DNA of 64,000 nt from contig OZ024740.1 of the NCBI GenBank assembly GCA_964016885.1, positions 384,338,001 to 384,402,000 of the forward strand. Reading direction: 5' to 3'. The position numbers were made by a program, and so were the translations under genes. This document shows, piece by piece, positions 39,991 to 55,466 of this stretch. The first letter of the stretch is position 1; each line of letters starts with the position of its first letter. This stretch comes from Eledone cirrhosa (taxonomy: Eukaryota). The notes under the pieces were generated by a model. It made no database searches, was not told where the DNA came from, and saw only the letters and a list, made by a program, of their open reading frames with translations.

Positions 39991-40261
39991 TATACAGTTA
40001 TACTGATCTTTACGACAACGACGGTGACTGAGAATCTTAATGAGGATAATTTTGAGATGATGAATTGTTACACAAAATGACTTGAATGCTACTGAGAAAT
40101 CTAGGTTTAGGAAAGCTGCGGGTACCTCCTTGAATTTCTAAAAATGATTTACCATCATATCGTATTGAAATAAATGTCTCACGATGGAAGTCGAATCCAG
40201 TGCCAGAACGTATGCCTAAAACAAGTGATAACAGGAGCAATGAAATGTTGATGTGTATGCC

Positions 40262-40338
<77 letters not shown>

Positions 40339-40483
40339 GTATATTTAGGTATAGGATTATCCAAGATGTAGTAATGGTAATTACTACACTGGATATGGTT
40401 GACGTACGGTAAGAGGTTACTCTACGAGTTATGGAAGAATTGTTGAAGAAACTTAGTTCCTGATCCTTCTGTATTCCGGAGTG

Positions 40484-43197
40484 TATATAAAGAATGAATA
40501 ATAACAGGTAGACATCATAAAAAGGTAATTTATTCCGTGTGCTTACAAATGTTTCCACGGTGGTACTACAGCCTAGTTATGCTATGTGCAAATTTACATG
40601 CATTTGCAGAACTCAAATATCCAATGCTGTGACCACTGTATCCTCAGAGCAGAATGGTAAAATGTACAATGTAAATACCCTTAAGTGGGGTTGTTGGGGA
40701 AGATAGAGTAGAAAAGGAAGAGAGAAAAGTAGGGGAGAGGGAGAGAGAAAGAAAGATATGCAGGGGTTGGAGAAGTAGGAGAGAGTGGTTTGTAGATATC
40801 TTAATCAAAATGTTATGGTAGGGGTTTTATTATACTGGTTACTTTTGGAGAGATGCGTTGATAGTTAAGGTCGGAATTATTTATTGCCCCAGAGGGCAGG
40901 TTCATAGATGTGGAGAGGGAGGTAGGCCAAAGGCGAGAGAGAGAGTGTGTAATGGATGTAGAGAGAGAGGTAGAGAGGGGACAGACGAAGTTTATGTGGT
41001 GAGTGAACTTTGGGTTTGTAGTAGTAATCTACGAATTGCACTGAGTTACCATTTATAGTGATAAGCAGTGTATTGTCTTGTAGTGTGGGGGGAAGAGAAG
41101 ATGGTTAGCTAGAAAGGGATGTTATAGTTACGGGTTCGAATCGACATTACCATGGGTTCCAACGACTCAGCGGAGGTCACGGATCTCGTGGGAATTTACA
41201 TAGCCCACATATTACATAGTAAATTTAGTAATCTACAGGGGGGGATATACAGAGATGACGGGCACTTATTAGTTAATAACTTGAATAACCAAAATCTTGA
41301 AAGGCTACGGAAAAATATTAGAAAATATTTTTGTGAACTGGGTCTAAAAATAACATACGAATACAATCTTAAAGTAGTAAACTTTCTGGACGTAACTCTT
41401 AATTTAAATCCCGGACAGATACGACCCTTCCACAAGGTGAATGAGAACCTTACGTATATTAACTTTAACTCTAACCACCAACTCTCCATGATCAAATCAG
41501 TTCCCCAGAGTATTTCTCTTAGAATCTCTCGCCTATCGTCTAACTGATATTTTTAGTGAACACGCTGAATACTACAATAATGCATTAAGGAATGCCGACC
41601 ACCGGGATACAATAGAATACATTGATAGGAATTTCCATAACACACATAGCTCTACACGAAATCAAGGAATACGTAACCGGGGAACTAAAATACAAGCGCA
41701 CACACACAGTACTACCAGACATACTAATAATAGAAAATCACCACCAAATAAATCACGTTGTAGAAAGTATATCTGGTACAATCCTATTTTTAATCCCTCG
41801 ATTAGTACAAAACTATCTCTTTCATTCTTTAAGTTAATCAACAAACATTTCCCTAGTTCCCATAAATACAGCAAAATTCTGAACTCTAAAACTATTAGAC
41901 TATCATACTCCACGGCACCAAACCTTGAAGCATACATAAAAAAACTTAACTTAAGGCAATTAAACAACTCTACAAAACAAAACATTTTAGTAACAGATGG
42001 GCAGATCGTAATATCTGCCTCCCAACCACTAAATGGGAGACGGGTATTACACAATCCACCTGTACCGCTATCACAACCTATCCATGGTATACCCGCTACC
42101 CACAACAAAGAATGTAACTGCCATCTACCTGAAATATGTCCATTGAAGAATGAATGCCTAAAGTCCGACATTGTTTACCAATGCACGGTTGAATCGAACG
42201 ACCAGAAATGGTATTATATCGGATCTACCACCACCTCGTTTAAATCTCGCTGGTACCGTCATCGATTCTCAATCAAACATCCTAATCACCGTTTTGTGAC
42301 CACGCTCGCCAACAAGACCTGGCAACTCCGTGGACACAACCAACAGTTCACCTTAAAATGGGATATACTTTCCAGCGCAAGGGCATATCGGAGTGGATCG
42401 AAGTACTGCAGGTTATGTAACCTTGAACTCTTTTACATATTAAAATCCCAAAACAAACTACTTAACGATAGAATTGAACGATCATTATACTGCAACCACA
42501 AACTAAAAGCTAAATTCTCTCACTATGAAATAACTTAACATTCGAACCCGTAACTATAACATCGCTTTCTAGCTAACCACCTTCTCTTCCTCCACACTAC
42601 AAGACAATACACTGCTTATCACTATAAATGGTAACTCAGTGCAATTCGTAGATTACTACTACAAACCCAAAGTTCACTCACCACACATACTTTGTCTCTC
42701 CCCTCTCTACCTCTCTCTCTACATCCATTACACACTCTCTCTCTCGCCTTTGGCCTACCTCCCTCTCCACATCTATGAACCTGCCCTCTGGGGCAATAAA
42801 TAATTCCGACCTTAACTATCAACGCATCTCTCCAAAAGTAACCAGTATAATAAAACCCCTACCATAACATTTTGATTAAGATATCTACAAACCACTCTCT
42901 CCTACTTCTCCAACCCCTGCATATCTTTCTCTCTCTCTCCCTCTCCCCTACTTTTCTCTCTTCCTTTTCTACTCTATCTTCCCCAACAACCCCACTTAAG
43001 GGTATTTACACTGTACATTTTACCATTCTGCTCTGAGGATACAGTGGAAACAGCATTGGATATTTGAGTTCTGCAAATACTTGTAAATTTGCACATAGCA
43101 TAACTAGGCTGTAGTACCACCGTGGAAACATCTGTAAGCACACGGAATAAATTAACTTTTTAAGATGTCTACCTGTTATTATTCATTCTTTATATAT
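40484..43197 (+). mobile_element. Penelope-like element (tentatively Nematis-like) 3' half, bracketed by inverted pseudo-LTRs of about 655 bp
   Basis: RT MGSNDSAEVTDLVG..YRDDG..NFLDVT (41152-41547); GIY-YIG IVYQCTV..YYIGSTTTSFKSRWYRH (42143-42538); 40484-41140 is the reverse complement of 42541-43197. Confidence 0.92.
43029..43140 (+). ncRNA. Hammerhead ribozyme with greatly extended stem II (mirror copy at 40540-40651, minus strand)
   Basis: tgct CTGAGGA tacagtgg..about 70 nt..ccaccgtg GAAA catctg TA agca. Confidence 0.65.
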
Positions 43198-43230
43198 AAA
43201 TGTATATATATATATATATGTATATATATT

Positions 43231-43368
<138 letters not shown>

Positions 43369-45509
43369 TAGAGAGAGAGAGGAGGGGAGAGAGATAGTTA
43401 TACGCTCTTTTGGTTGTGTATAACGGGAAGAATCTACTTATAAAAATTTACGTTAGAATTTATGTTAGCATTAAGGTGTGTGTATGTATGAGCATGCGGT
43501 TTAAAGTATCGTCATTAGGAACAATCAAAATAAATTCATAAATTTAATTATGATTTCTCACTTTGGCACAACGCCTATAATTTTAATTATAAACAACTTT
43601 TTGTATCACGTGATAAAAATATATATCGATTTTAATATAAACTTCCATTCATTTAAAATGGAAGTATTATGTGAAACGAATTCCTCTAAAAAGAATAGAC
43701 ATTTGGCAGGTGTTGTTGTGTAGGTCCTAAACCGATAGTGTACTTATTGTACGATTCAGTTTCGATTCCTATCTATACGTATTCTGCACGTTTTCCTTTA
43801 AATGCACTTGAGAATGGAATGAAAGCCACGCTTTCCATTATCCAAACACGTGAATGTATATAGTTAATTTTCTGATCATGAAAAACTTGGATCTATTTAT
43901 CGCTTTAGTGAGAAGTTGAATATATATTACACGAGCATTTATTCATTCTCTTACATGTCGATCACGTATATTCTACAAAATTTTAGTGAAGGAAATTAAA
44001 TCGATATTACTATATGGAAAAAAGCTGCTAATCTATGATCAATTCAGTGACTTGACTTCTGAAGAGCATAAACATCCATCGCTGACTGAGCAACCCTATT
44101 GAATTATAGATGAGGTAGGTCATTGAAACTCCATATCATCTTCAGATCAAACTCACACGGGAAGTTGAATAAAACATTGCAAAACTACGAATCGTAGACT
44201 ATTTTTTTATTTTATTGTATCATTCGTTCTGCAACTGCTTACAATATTTATTCTGTTTTAGCTCGAGACATCTTTCTATCGCCACAGCATTTACCAAACT
44301 GGTGTGTAAGAATGATTTCAAAACGTTATAAGTCGATAATCTCTTAAGAAGGTGTTACAATGCCATGCCTCACATTTAGTGCAAGAGAATATATCAAAGT
44401 CATAAGTTCTAATCATCTTATACATCAAGATTCTTTCAAATTGGTGCCCTGTCGAGAGGAAAGTGAATTGGTTCGGAAGATAAAATTTCGAACTAACATC
44501 AGTATCATTAGTTCATATCCGGCGCAATTGATTTCAAGTGACTTAGAGCAGGATATCAACAAACTAAGTTAAGAATACTTGTACCTAGCATTTTATTTTG
44601 AATGGTGACATGATGCTATGAAAGGCGATGTCTAATCAAATTATAATTATTCCCGATACAAAGCGTGTGATTAAGCACTCACATTTCAAAGAGATGAAAA
44701 TATTTTGTCGGCTCTAACGAATTAATAGTATTCCATTCATTCGATCAACGGAATAACTTACTCATTTCACGGACATGTGTATTACTAACGTTTACTTTAA
44801 GTAGAATCGTCGGCACTATTTATGATAAGGTCTGGCCTTCGAATTACGGATATAGTCAACCCGACTGGCATTCACACATTTTCCAATTATCCTATCCAAT
44901 TTCACAGGCAAGGCACTTGATAGAAGATAGCATTTCGTGATGATGCACAAGTTGATCAAACCAAAAAACACATGAAAGTAACTAGTTAACTACTCAGCCA
45001 TATGCCCATATATTGTGTAAACGTTAATATTTTTATAAAGCCATAAATTTCTCTGAATTGACTGTTAAAGCGATTTTTAGCTGATGCTCCTCGTGTTATA
45101 TTCTCTATCATCTATGATATCGGATGATGTTCTCAACTTCACAAAGGAAATAGATAGCCTTTAGTAAAATGGAATGTTAATTTTTTCCCTAATAAAAATA
45201 TTTTTAATAGCTAATTAAAATTTTATGGAGAATAATATTTCTACGTTTAATATATTTTTTTTGTTATAATGATTTTAAATATCTGGGGATTTGATACTAA
45301 CCGTGTACATAAGCACAGTTCAGTTGTCCCTCCTTCACTCTCTAAATTATACATTATCCTACAAGGAGAGAAATATGCGCATAGACACCCAAATACACAC
45401 AAGCACACATATACACCCAGCCAACCACATCACCACGCCCACACAAACACACCCACACACCCATACAAAAGCACCCATCCTCAAGTGCCCCCCCCCCATC
45501 CTGCACATA

Positions 45510-45549
<40 letters not shown>

Positions 45550-46486
45550 CAGAAAGACAAATATGTGTATATAACCGCACATAACATATTTTGACACCAA
45601 TATTTCAGTATGACTATAAAATGAATACGGAGCAAAGGGATTCTTCCTAATTTAAATATCACAAATAAATGATTGTTCATTGCAGTGACAGTCCAGCTCA
45701 TCGTGAATGGGAGACTGGCATGATTTCGATTATCGTTTAACGTAAGGTAAATTTCTATTAACCCCTTAATAACTAAATGAAAGATATGAACATGACAAAT
45801 ACCATGTCCAACTAGCACAAAAGTCCTATGACCCGAAGGAAAGAATCCAACAGATATTTATTATATACACATAATATTTGAATCTTTTAGAGAATAAGAA
45901 ACAGTTGTATTTATATTTTGCATCTGCAACTTAACGGAAAAGTCTTTGCAGGAGGAACAAAACTGAGTTTAATCGTGACTAGAGATGGAGGTGCATTAAT
46001 AATAGGGACAAAACAATTGCCGACGAAAGATTGATGGGTTTGAAGATTATTAGCAATAGTATTGATAATAACTATTTCTTTATTATTAGCAGCACTGATA
46101 ACAGGAACTAAGTGTCAATCACAATCCTATATTCCTTATGTGCAGTAACAGTAGTAGTAAGAGTAAAGTTGATTAATTGATAAATGCTCAAACCAAAGCC
46201 TCAAATTATTTTAGAAACCTAGCCATAGATGAGATGTTAGACAGAGAGCTTTAAGATTTGTGTTCAAATTACACGCACTAAATTACAAATCATGAATGTC
46301 AAGTATAAGAGGAACAACGGGAGAAAGAGGGGTCTGCTCCAGCAGACAACTATAAGAGTACCAAAAATACATAGCATACATATTACACATGCTGAGAGCA
46401 AGTGATTCTCTATTGAAAGTGACGGCCTGAGCATATATGAGGTCATATGCATGGATATATGCACGGCTATATGAATATACATATTA

Positions 46487-46673
46487 ATTGTTTCTACTTT
46501 AGGCACAAGGCCAGCAATTACCCAGTGCATTACTGGTACTTTATTTTATCGACCCCGTAAGGGTGAAAGGCAAAGTCAAGCTCGGCGGGATTTGAACTCA
46601 GATCGTAAAGGGACGTAACTATGCTGGAAAGCATGGCGTCCGACTCGCTACCGATACTGCCAATCCACCGCTC
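46487..46673 (-). mobile_element. Full-length young SINE with 17-bp TSD
   Basis: TSD tatgaatatacatatta at 46470-46486 and 46674-46690. Confidence 0.92.
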
Positions 46674-46748
46674 TATGAATATACATATTACTGTGTCTGT
46701 ATATATGTGGAGAGGTGTGCATGCGTATATATACACATACTCATACCG

Positions 46749-46834
<86 letters not shown>

Positions 46835-47634
46835 ACATACATACATGCCCGTGCGTGAAGATATTTTTTAAAGTGAGGAAAGACTGTGCACTGAGCCAAT
46901 CCCACTCTCTGAACGACAGTAGCTATAACCCGAAAAGAAGAAAAGATCAACATCATCGGTATCTACTGAGCCGCAGGTTTTATATCGGAGTTATCCCAGT
47001 TTCCTGAGTTGCCTTCTCCTAGAAGAATGCCCTGAGAAAGGCTACGGGTCCTTCACTCTCAGTGGTTTAACCGCGCGATCGGGTGTCCAGCCCGACTATT
47101 TCTATGTCCTCACGCATATAAATACACATGCACCCATGTACATATACATATACATAGATATGTACATCTGCATATACATATTGACACACTTTTGGATGGT
47201 CGTTGACTCTTATGAGTTCTTTCGCCCTTTGTCATACATACATACATACATACATACATACATACATACATACATACATACATACAATCATACATAAATA
47301 CATATATTTATATGTCATATGGTTTCTAGGATGCATCCATAGGCGGTATGCCGGTTGAGCACTCTATCCTTCGGAGCAGAGTATGATAATATGGAAAACG
47401 AAGGATCAGTGATGCTTCAAAACACAATTTATTAACGTATTGCAATTGTTTCTCCGGCGAACAGCTTGAGGGGCGATCTGATTATGGATCGAACCTGACT
47501 CTGGATTCGCAAGTTCCTCTTATGAAGGACTAGCGTCCGAAACGTCAAGACCCTCTTTCTGCTATATCAAGCGTTAACCTTATATATACCTTCCTTATAC
47601 TGTACCGATTGTGTTGTTATTTCTGTTTAACTTT

Positions 47635-47689
<55 letters not shown>

Positions 47690-50600
47690 CTTTGATAACA
47701 ATGATAGGTTTCGCCAGTATTGGCCCAGGCCATGTCTAACTTAATAGCACCACCTGGCGAAGTCTTAAAAATCAGTGTTTGGGCACCATGGCCCACTCGA
47801 GCAGATAGTTATTGTTTACGGAGGCATATGCGGGTGTAGGAGGCTTATCCGGGATTTCTTGAAGGAATTTATCCAAAGACTTCTTGAACTTGATTGGGTC
47901 TGTCTCTGCTTTGATGTGTTTTGGTGTAATGTTAAAGAGTGCAGTGCCAATTGAGGTGAAATAATTGTGCCGCCGTATTGTTGTTATGTGATCCGAGTGG
48001 GATTTTGGTCGTGGGCGGATAGGACGGTGCCCAAGCCTTGGGTGTACACTAAAGGTGATGCCAACCACATTTGGGCTAAGCTGATGAATATTTTCCACAT
48101 CATACAGATAATGTAGCGCTCACGGCGACGTTGAAGAGAATAAAGTTTGAGCTTTTCTAATCGACCCCAATAGTCAAGGCCTGTCATGCCAACTATCTTT
48201 TTTGTAATTGACCTTTGGAGTGCTTCAACTTTCATGATACTTTGTTTCCTGTGGGGTAACCACAGTGGACAATAGTATTCAAGGTGGGGTCGGGCAAAAG
48301 TGGAGAAGAGAAGGACAACAGTGTGGATATCTCTCGACTGGAAAGTTCTGAGAATCCAGGAACACACTCTGCGGGCCATATCAACTTTGCTGTTTATATG
48401 AGTGGCCCATCTTATATTGTTGTCCACAATTACTCCCAGGTCTCTGATATTATTAGAAGCCACTAGAGTTTCACCCGAAGGAAGAGAGTATGGTAGTTTC
48501 AGGGCATCATTTTTTCGAAAGTGGATTAGTTCAAATTTATCCACATTCTACAGCATATTATTTATCTCTGCCCATTGGATAACAGCCAGTAGGTCTGACT
48601 GAAGGCAAGTCCGGTCACCCACCTCATTGATGACCCTTTGGAGCTTGGAATCATCTGCGAAGATTCTGATGTTGCTGTGTTTGATGATGTCAGTAATGTC
48701 ATTAATGTACATGATGAAAAGAAGTGGGCCCAACACAGTGCCTCGTGGGACGCCACTGCTGACTTTGGCAGGGCTTGAATTTACTCCTTCGACTACAACA
48801 TGCTGGGTTCTGCCTGTCAGGAAACATTTGATCCACTGTAGTAACCTTCCAGAGACACCAACATTGGATACTTTGTTCAGTAGAATCTTATGATCAACCC
48901 TGTCGAAAGCCTTGCTGAAATCAAGGTAGATGACATCAGTGTTGGAGCCCTCTTCCAAGGCTCTCAAAACATCGTCAAAGTGATGCAGGAGCTGCGTTAG
49001 GCAGTCCCTCCCATTATGGAATCCATGTTGGTTGGATTTCAGCAGGCAGTTGCTTTCAAGAAAGTGGGTTATACGTGATCTCACCACCGTCTCAAATACC
49101 TTGATAATATGAGAGGTGAGTGAGATCGGACGGTAGTTCACTGCAAGGGACTTATTTCCCTTTTTGAAGACTGGGACAAATGACTGGGACAGAAAGTTTT
49201 CAGGAATATAGCCGGTGTCCAGTGAGTTCCTCCACAGATTAACAAGAGGAGTTGCAAGTTGGTGTCGACACACCTTTAGGACACACGTAGGGAACCTGTC
49301 GGGGCCTACTGCTGAATTGTGTTTAATTTCGTTTATTGCCGCTAATACATCAGGGGCGCCAAACGTTATGTCTGATATAGTGTGTTGGGGGTTAATATCA
49401 CTGATACGGCCCAGATCGGCCATATTAGGGTTGCTGAAAACAGAGCAGTATTGTTTCTGCAGTATCTCGCCCATGGTTCTGGCATTGTCCTGGAGTGTAC
49501 CACTTTCATCAACTAGGGGGGCCAACAGTGGAGACGGTGACCTTGTGTTTTTTAGCGAAGGAGAAGAACACTTTGGGGTTGAGTTTGTCAATGGACCACC
49601 TCACTTCAGCTATTCTCTGGTTATTGATGATGGTCATCATGCATTGCTGGAGGTTATATTTTTCTGACTCAAGCAGGGTGATAGCCATTGAATGTGTGTG
49701 TTGGCAGTATTTTAGTGTGTTAATTTTTTTGTTTGTAATTTTTTTGTTTGTTATTTTTACTTTTCTGATAATTGTTTTCTGTTTTGGGGGATACTGCACT
49801 TGGTTTTGTTCACAGGTTTTGGTGGGGTCTGTTTTGTACATATATTTGTGACAGTGTCTACAAAGATCTGCCAAGATGTTTTGATGTTGGTGGAAGTGTG
49901 TGCGTGTGTAAAAGACCAGTCGACATGTGATAGTTCGTTCATAATTGCATCCCTGTTGGCATTGTGGAGATCCATGTTATCAAATGGGTGGGCTGGAGAG
50001 AGGACCCTGGGATTAACTTTTGTCTGGTGGAATCTCAGGTTACAAAGAACCATGTCATGGTCTGAGAGAAGGGTTTTTCCACTGTAATATTATGTATAGT
50101 GTTAGTGTGGTTACTAAACACTAGATCCAGAATGTTCTTCTGATGCCTCGTTGGTGCAAGGACAAGTTGGGACAAGAAAAACTCATTCATGAAGTCAAAA
50201 AGTGACTCGACAGCCTCTTTGTCAGTGGTTGAGGCTGTGGAGCTTGGTTTCAAACTACATGTAGACCAATCGACACAGGGTAGATTAAAGTCTCCCATCA
50301 AAAGTATGTTGCTAGAATGGCACTGTTTAATAAAACATTTAATACTGTTGAAGCATTCTTTGAAACAGATTATGGGTGTTTGTGGTGGCCTATAGAGCCC
50401 AACTAATGTCAGGTCATTGGCTTTATTGTGCACAGTGACTGATTCACAGTATCCATTAGAGAATGTTGTGTTGCCATCTGCCGTAAAGGAATCATGCAGG
50501 AAAATGGCAGTTCCACCCTTCCTTCTGCCAACACGATCCGCACGGATGGTTGTGAAATATCTCACTCTTACTTCGGCCTCCAAGTGGGAGTTTTCAAGGT

Positions 50601-50965
50601 GGGTCTCAGTAAACATGAAGAAGGGGATGAGAAATGGATGGTTACCAACCCAATCCTCAATGAATTGGATCTTCCATTTCTGTGCATTGATCGATGGGCT
50701 GAAACCTTGTGTATTGAGTAAGAATGTGGAGGCTAGTGTCGTGGCTGGTTTTGACTGGCACCATGCTGTGACACCACCCTTGACTGGAGATAGAATGTGT
50801 AGCATATATATATCTTTTACTCTTTTTCTTGTTCCAGCCATTGGGCTGAGGCCAATCTCTGGCACCACCCTTGTTGCTACACATTCTATCTCCAGTCTGT
50901 GTTGGCTGGTCATTGGTGTAAGAGGAAGTTCGTTGTTTCTGCCCCTAGGTTATCTTCGTACTATG
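47690..50965 (-). mobile_element. CR1-group LINE ORF2 (APE + RT), frameshifted
   Basis: FTETHL, YRPP, GDFN (50035-50913); YRPISLTS, YLDFSKAFD, LGPLLF, FADD (48548-49591); LKLYSLQRRRERY. Confidence 0.92.
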
Positions 50966-53222
50966 CTGTGGGGTCATCCGGTATCCTGGATAGCAGGGTG
51001 TCAAGATGTTTCTTGAAAACATTCACGTCCATACCATCCAGATCTCTCAAATTTCTTGGCAGCTCGTTAAAGAGTTGAGGGCCTGTGAACACCATGCTAT
51101 TGCAATATCTGCTCCTTATTCTAGATGTGAAAGACAGGGACCTTGCAAAGGGTTGATCTAGCTCTCAATGCCAAAGTTTGGTGCTTGTCCCTCCAGGATT
51201 TTCCATATGTATATCACTACGTGTCTCTCCCGTCATCGTTCCAAGGAGTAGAGTTTCAGTACTTTTAGCCTCTCCCAGTAGCTCATCTCCTTCATCGTGG
51301 CAATCCTCTTAGTATAGTTCCGTTGAGTTGCCTCAAGCTCCGTGGTTAGTTATTACAGTTTGATATTGTGGGGTCACTACAGCTGAGAGCAGTAGTCCAG
51401 GTGGCTTAGGACAAATGTCTTCTATATTATCAAGATGGTCTCTCGGCCTCTAGTCTGGAATGTCCTAAAATTCCAGCCAGGGAGTCGCCAGCACATTGTC
51501 GCCACCCTCATGATGTCCGAAGAAAAAGATGCATCATCGCTCATGTCTATCCCCAGGTCTCATATCGATTTCACACGGGGATTTCGATCCCTCCAGGTTC
51601 GGTGTAGCTGTGTTGTATTGTCTTTGTGTTTGCAGGTTGGTATTGTAGGGCTTGAAATGTTCCAGCATTATCCTGCACGTTGCTGTCCTCAGCCTATTTG
51701 TATATGACATCCAGATCTTGTTGTAAGAAGGCAGCATTAGACGGTTTTTGATTGCCTGTGCTACCGTTGTGTCATCAGCATAGCTAGTGAGGGGTGTTTT
51801 ACGTACTTCAGAGGGCATGTCTGAGAGAGCCACCAAAATCAGTAGTGCCCTGGTGCACCCCACACCTGTTATTGATGTTTCCTTTGAGAGAGCCGCATTG
51901 GCTACAACAGTCTGGCTTCTGCCTTTTCAGAAATCATGCAGCCACTCACCTACTTTTCCAGTTATGCCGAGTCTGTGTAGTTTGTGACATATCATTCCGT
52001 AGTCGATCTTGTGAAAGGCCTTCGCAAAGTCAAGATATATCACGTTCACGTGTGAGCTGTCCAACAGTTGTTTCAGTATTGTAAAAGTTGTGTAAGGCAG
52101 CTTCTTCCTGGGCGAAAGCCATGCTGCGTGCTAATTAGGCGGTCATTTTCCTCGAGGATCATGATCGGTTTCTATCTGATGATTCGTTCCATTTCCTTAC
52201 TGATACGTGACGCCAGGGACACTGGTCTGTAGTGTTTGGCCTCCGCTCTCCTTCCTCCTTTATGGATAGGCATATTGTGCCTTTTTGTTTAGTTCTCTGG
52301 TTAGTTTACTGCTAGCCAAAGAACTTCTGAAGTAGATCTTTACTGGTCCTGCTGAGGAACGTTTGCATGTTTTTAGGAGGACTGCTGGGATTCCATCAGG
52401 TCCAGGAGTTGAATTTGTTTTAATCTCGTCTATGGCGGATATGACATCATCATCCTTTATGTCTAGATGGTTGATGGTCACCATTTCTTCATGGAGTGTT
52501 GTGGCATCAAAGAAATCCACTGGCTTTGTTATTTGCATGTGCCTCAATGGGGATGAGAACACACCTTTGTACCGTTCATTCGGTATTTCACTGATTTCAT
52601 GGGGATCTCCCGGTTAATGAACCATCTTTATGGAAGAATGGCTCAATCTCGCAGTGTACTGTGGCAGTTAAATTTAAAGAAGCCCTTAGGGTTTGTTTTA
52701 ATATTTTCTATGGCCCTGGTTTCTTTTCTTCCCTCTGCTGCTCATGGGAAAGTTTGACTGCAGTTTCAATTTCAAGTTGTGCCTGTTTCAGATAGCGTTC
52801 CTTCTCGTTTTTCTGTTGTGCATTCAACTTGTTTGAGAGTTTAATTCTTCGTCTCATAAGGCTTTTATTGTCTTTGAAAATAACATTTTTGTGTCCGTTG
52901 GTCTTTTTCTCTGGGACAAAATAATGGCATATAGCTTGTATTGTTTTCATGAAATGTTGAAAATGTGTGTTGGTGTCTTGTCTGGTGACGTTTTCCCTCC
53001 AACTTTGCTTCCGGATCTCTTTCTGGATGATTTTTTCCAGTAAGCCTGTGTGTGAGGGCCAGCAGGGACACCGTCTGTCTCTGTTCGAGTGATATCATTC
53101 CAGGGAGGAGGTGGTCCTCAGGCCATTGATCCTTTGATAGGTTAGAGTCTCCCAGCAGCAGGATGTTGAGACCCTGGTCCAGTTTGTCACGGATTTCTTC
53201 CATTCCTCTGAGGCTATCCTCG
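50966..53222 (-). mobile_element. Older CR1-group LINE remnant
   Basis: [41 protein letters not shown]; many stops. Confidence 0.8.
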
Positions 53223-54123
<901 letters not shown>

Positions 54124-54165
54124 TTTGATTCAACAAACGATTTCATATCAAAAACCTTGCAAAAC

Positions 54166-54274
<109 letters not shown>

Positions 54275-54419
54275 AAAACACTGCAGATAATAGGCTAAGT
54301 AGTATGACTGTTGCAGCTTAATAAGGTTTGACTTCTTATACTGCTGGAGAGTACGTGTCTGTGGTTGGTTTGCAGTATTTTCTAAGTGTTTTGTATGCGG
54401 TTCTGACAATCAACGTGTT

Positions 54420-54505
<86 letters not shown>

Positions 54506-54589
54506 AACGAAGGGAGTGTGGGAAAGAACCAGGTGGACCATAACGTACCAGAGTACTCAATACTTCAGGGTAGTGTAATGGGTAATAGG

Positions 54590-54675
54590 AAAATGTTTAA
54601 CCCCGACGACAGAGCTCAAGCCGTTTCGACGGCTATTTCTGGAGTCCAGAAATAGCCGTCGGTGTTAAACATGTT
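54590..54675. repeat. Short fold-back with a perfect 17-bp hairpin
   Basis: cgacggctatttctgga-g-tccagaaatagccgtcg; outer arms tgtttaaccccgacg / cgtcggtgttaaaca. Confidence 0.85.
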
Positions 54676-54740
54676 TCTGTATATATATATATAATAATAA
54701 TAATAATACAATGTGGAGAGGAAGCACACTAGTTAGGATA

Positions 54741-55300
54741 TATATATATATGAAAACAGGGAGAATGAGACGATTATTAGGAAGAAAAATATATTTTTTT
54801 CCTTTTTGTTTCTCTCTCTCTTTTTTCTGGGTTAGAAAATGATTAAAACGAAATGTTTTACTTTGTGTGAAGTATTAAGGTATTAGTTGATTTTTATTTA
54901 TTATTTAACAATGGCATTTATTTATTTATATATTAAATTATTGTCTATTACCGGTTTCAGAATTTTTATGCATTATCAAATGATAGTGAAATAAATTAGT
55001 GTGGTGTCGCACATGTTAAACAGAAGGTGCAGAAAGAATAATGTTATTTACAAACAAGATTTATGAAGTGAAAAGAAAAAAGAAAAAGGAAAGAAAACGT
55101 GCAATAATTAAATATATAAATAGATAAATAAATGCCATTATTAAATAATAAATAAATCAACTAATACATTAACACTTCACACAAAGTAAAAGATTTCGTT
55201 TTAATCATTTTCTAACCCAGAAAAAAGAGAGAGAAACAAAAAATGAAAATAATATTTTTTTCTTCCTAATAATTGTCTCTTTCTCCTTGTTTTCATATAT
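54741..55300. repeat. Inverted repeat with arms of about 195 bp between (TA)n tracts; decayed hammerhead-like motif in the spacer
   Basis: 54745-54942 mirrors 55101-55300; the minus strand of the spacer has ttgataa..gaaaccggta. Confidence 0.8.
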
Positions 55301-55304
55301 ATAT

Positions 55305-55386
<82 letters not shown>

Positions 55387-55466
55387 ATACTTTGGGAGGG
55401 TCATGTTGCCAATAACAAAACACACGCACCAGTTGCTTTCACTTCAATTTATTATATATTTATAAA

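Noticed and set aside
45676-45760. Plus-strand ag..gt exon-like segment
   Set aside because: Stop codons in all three frames
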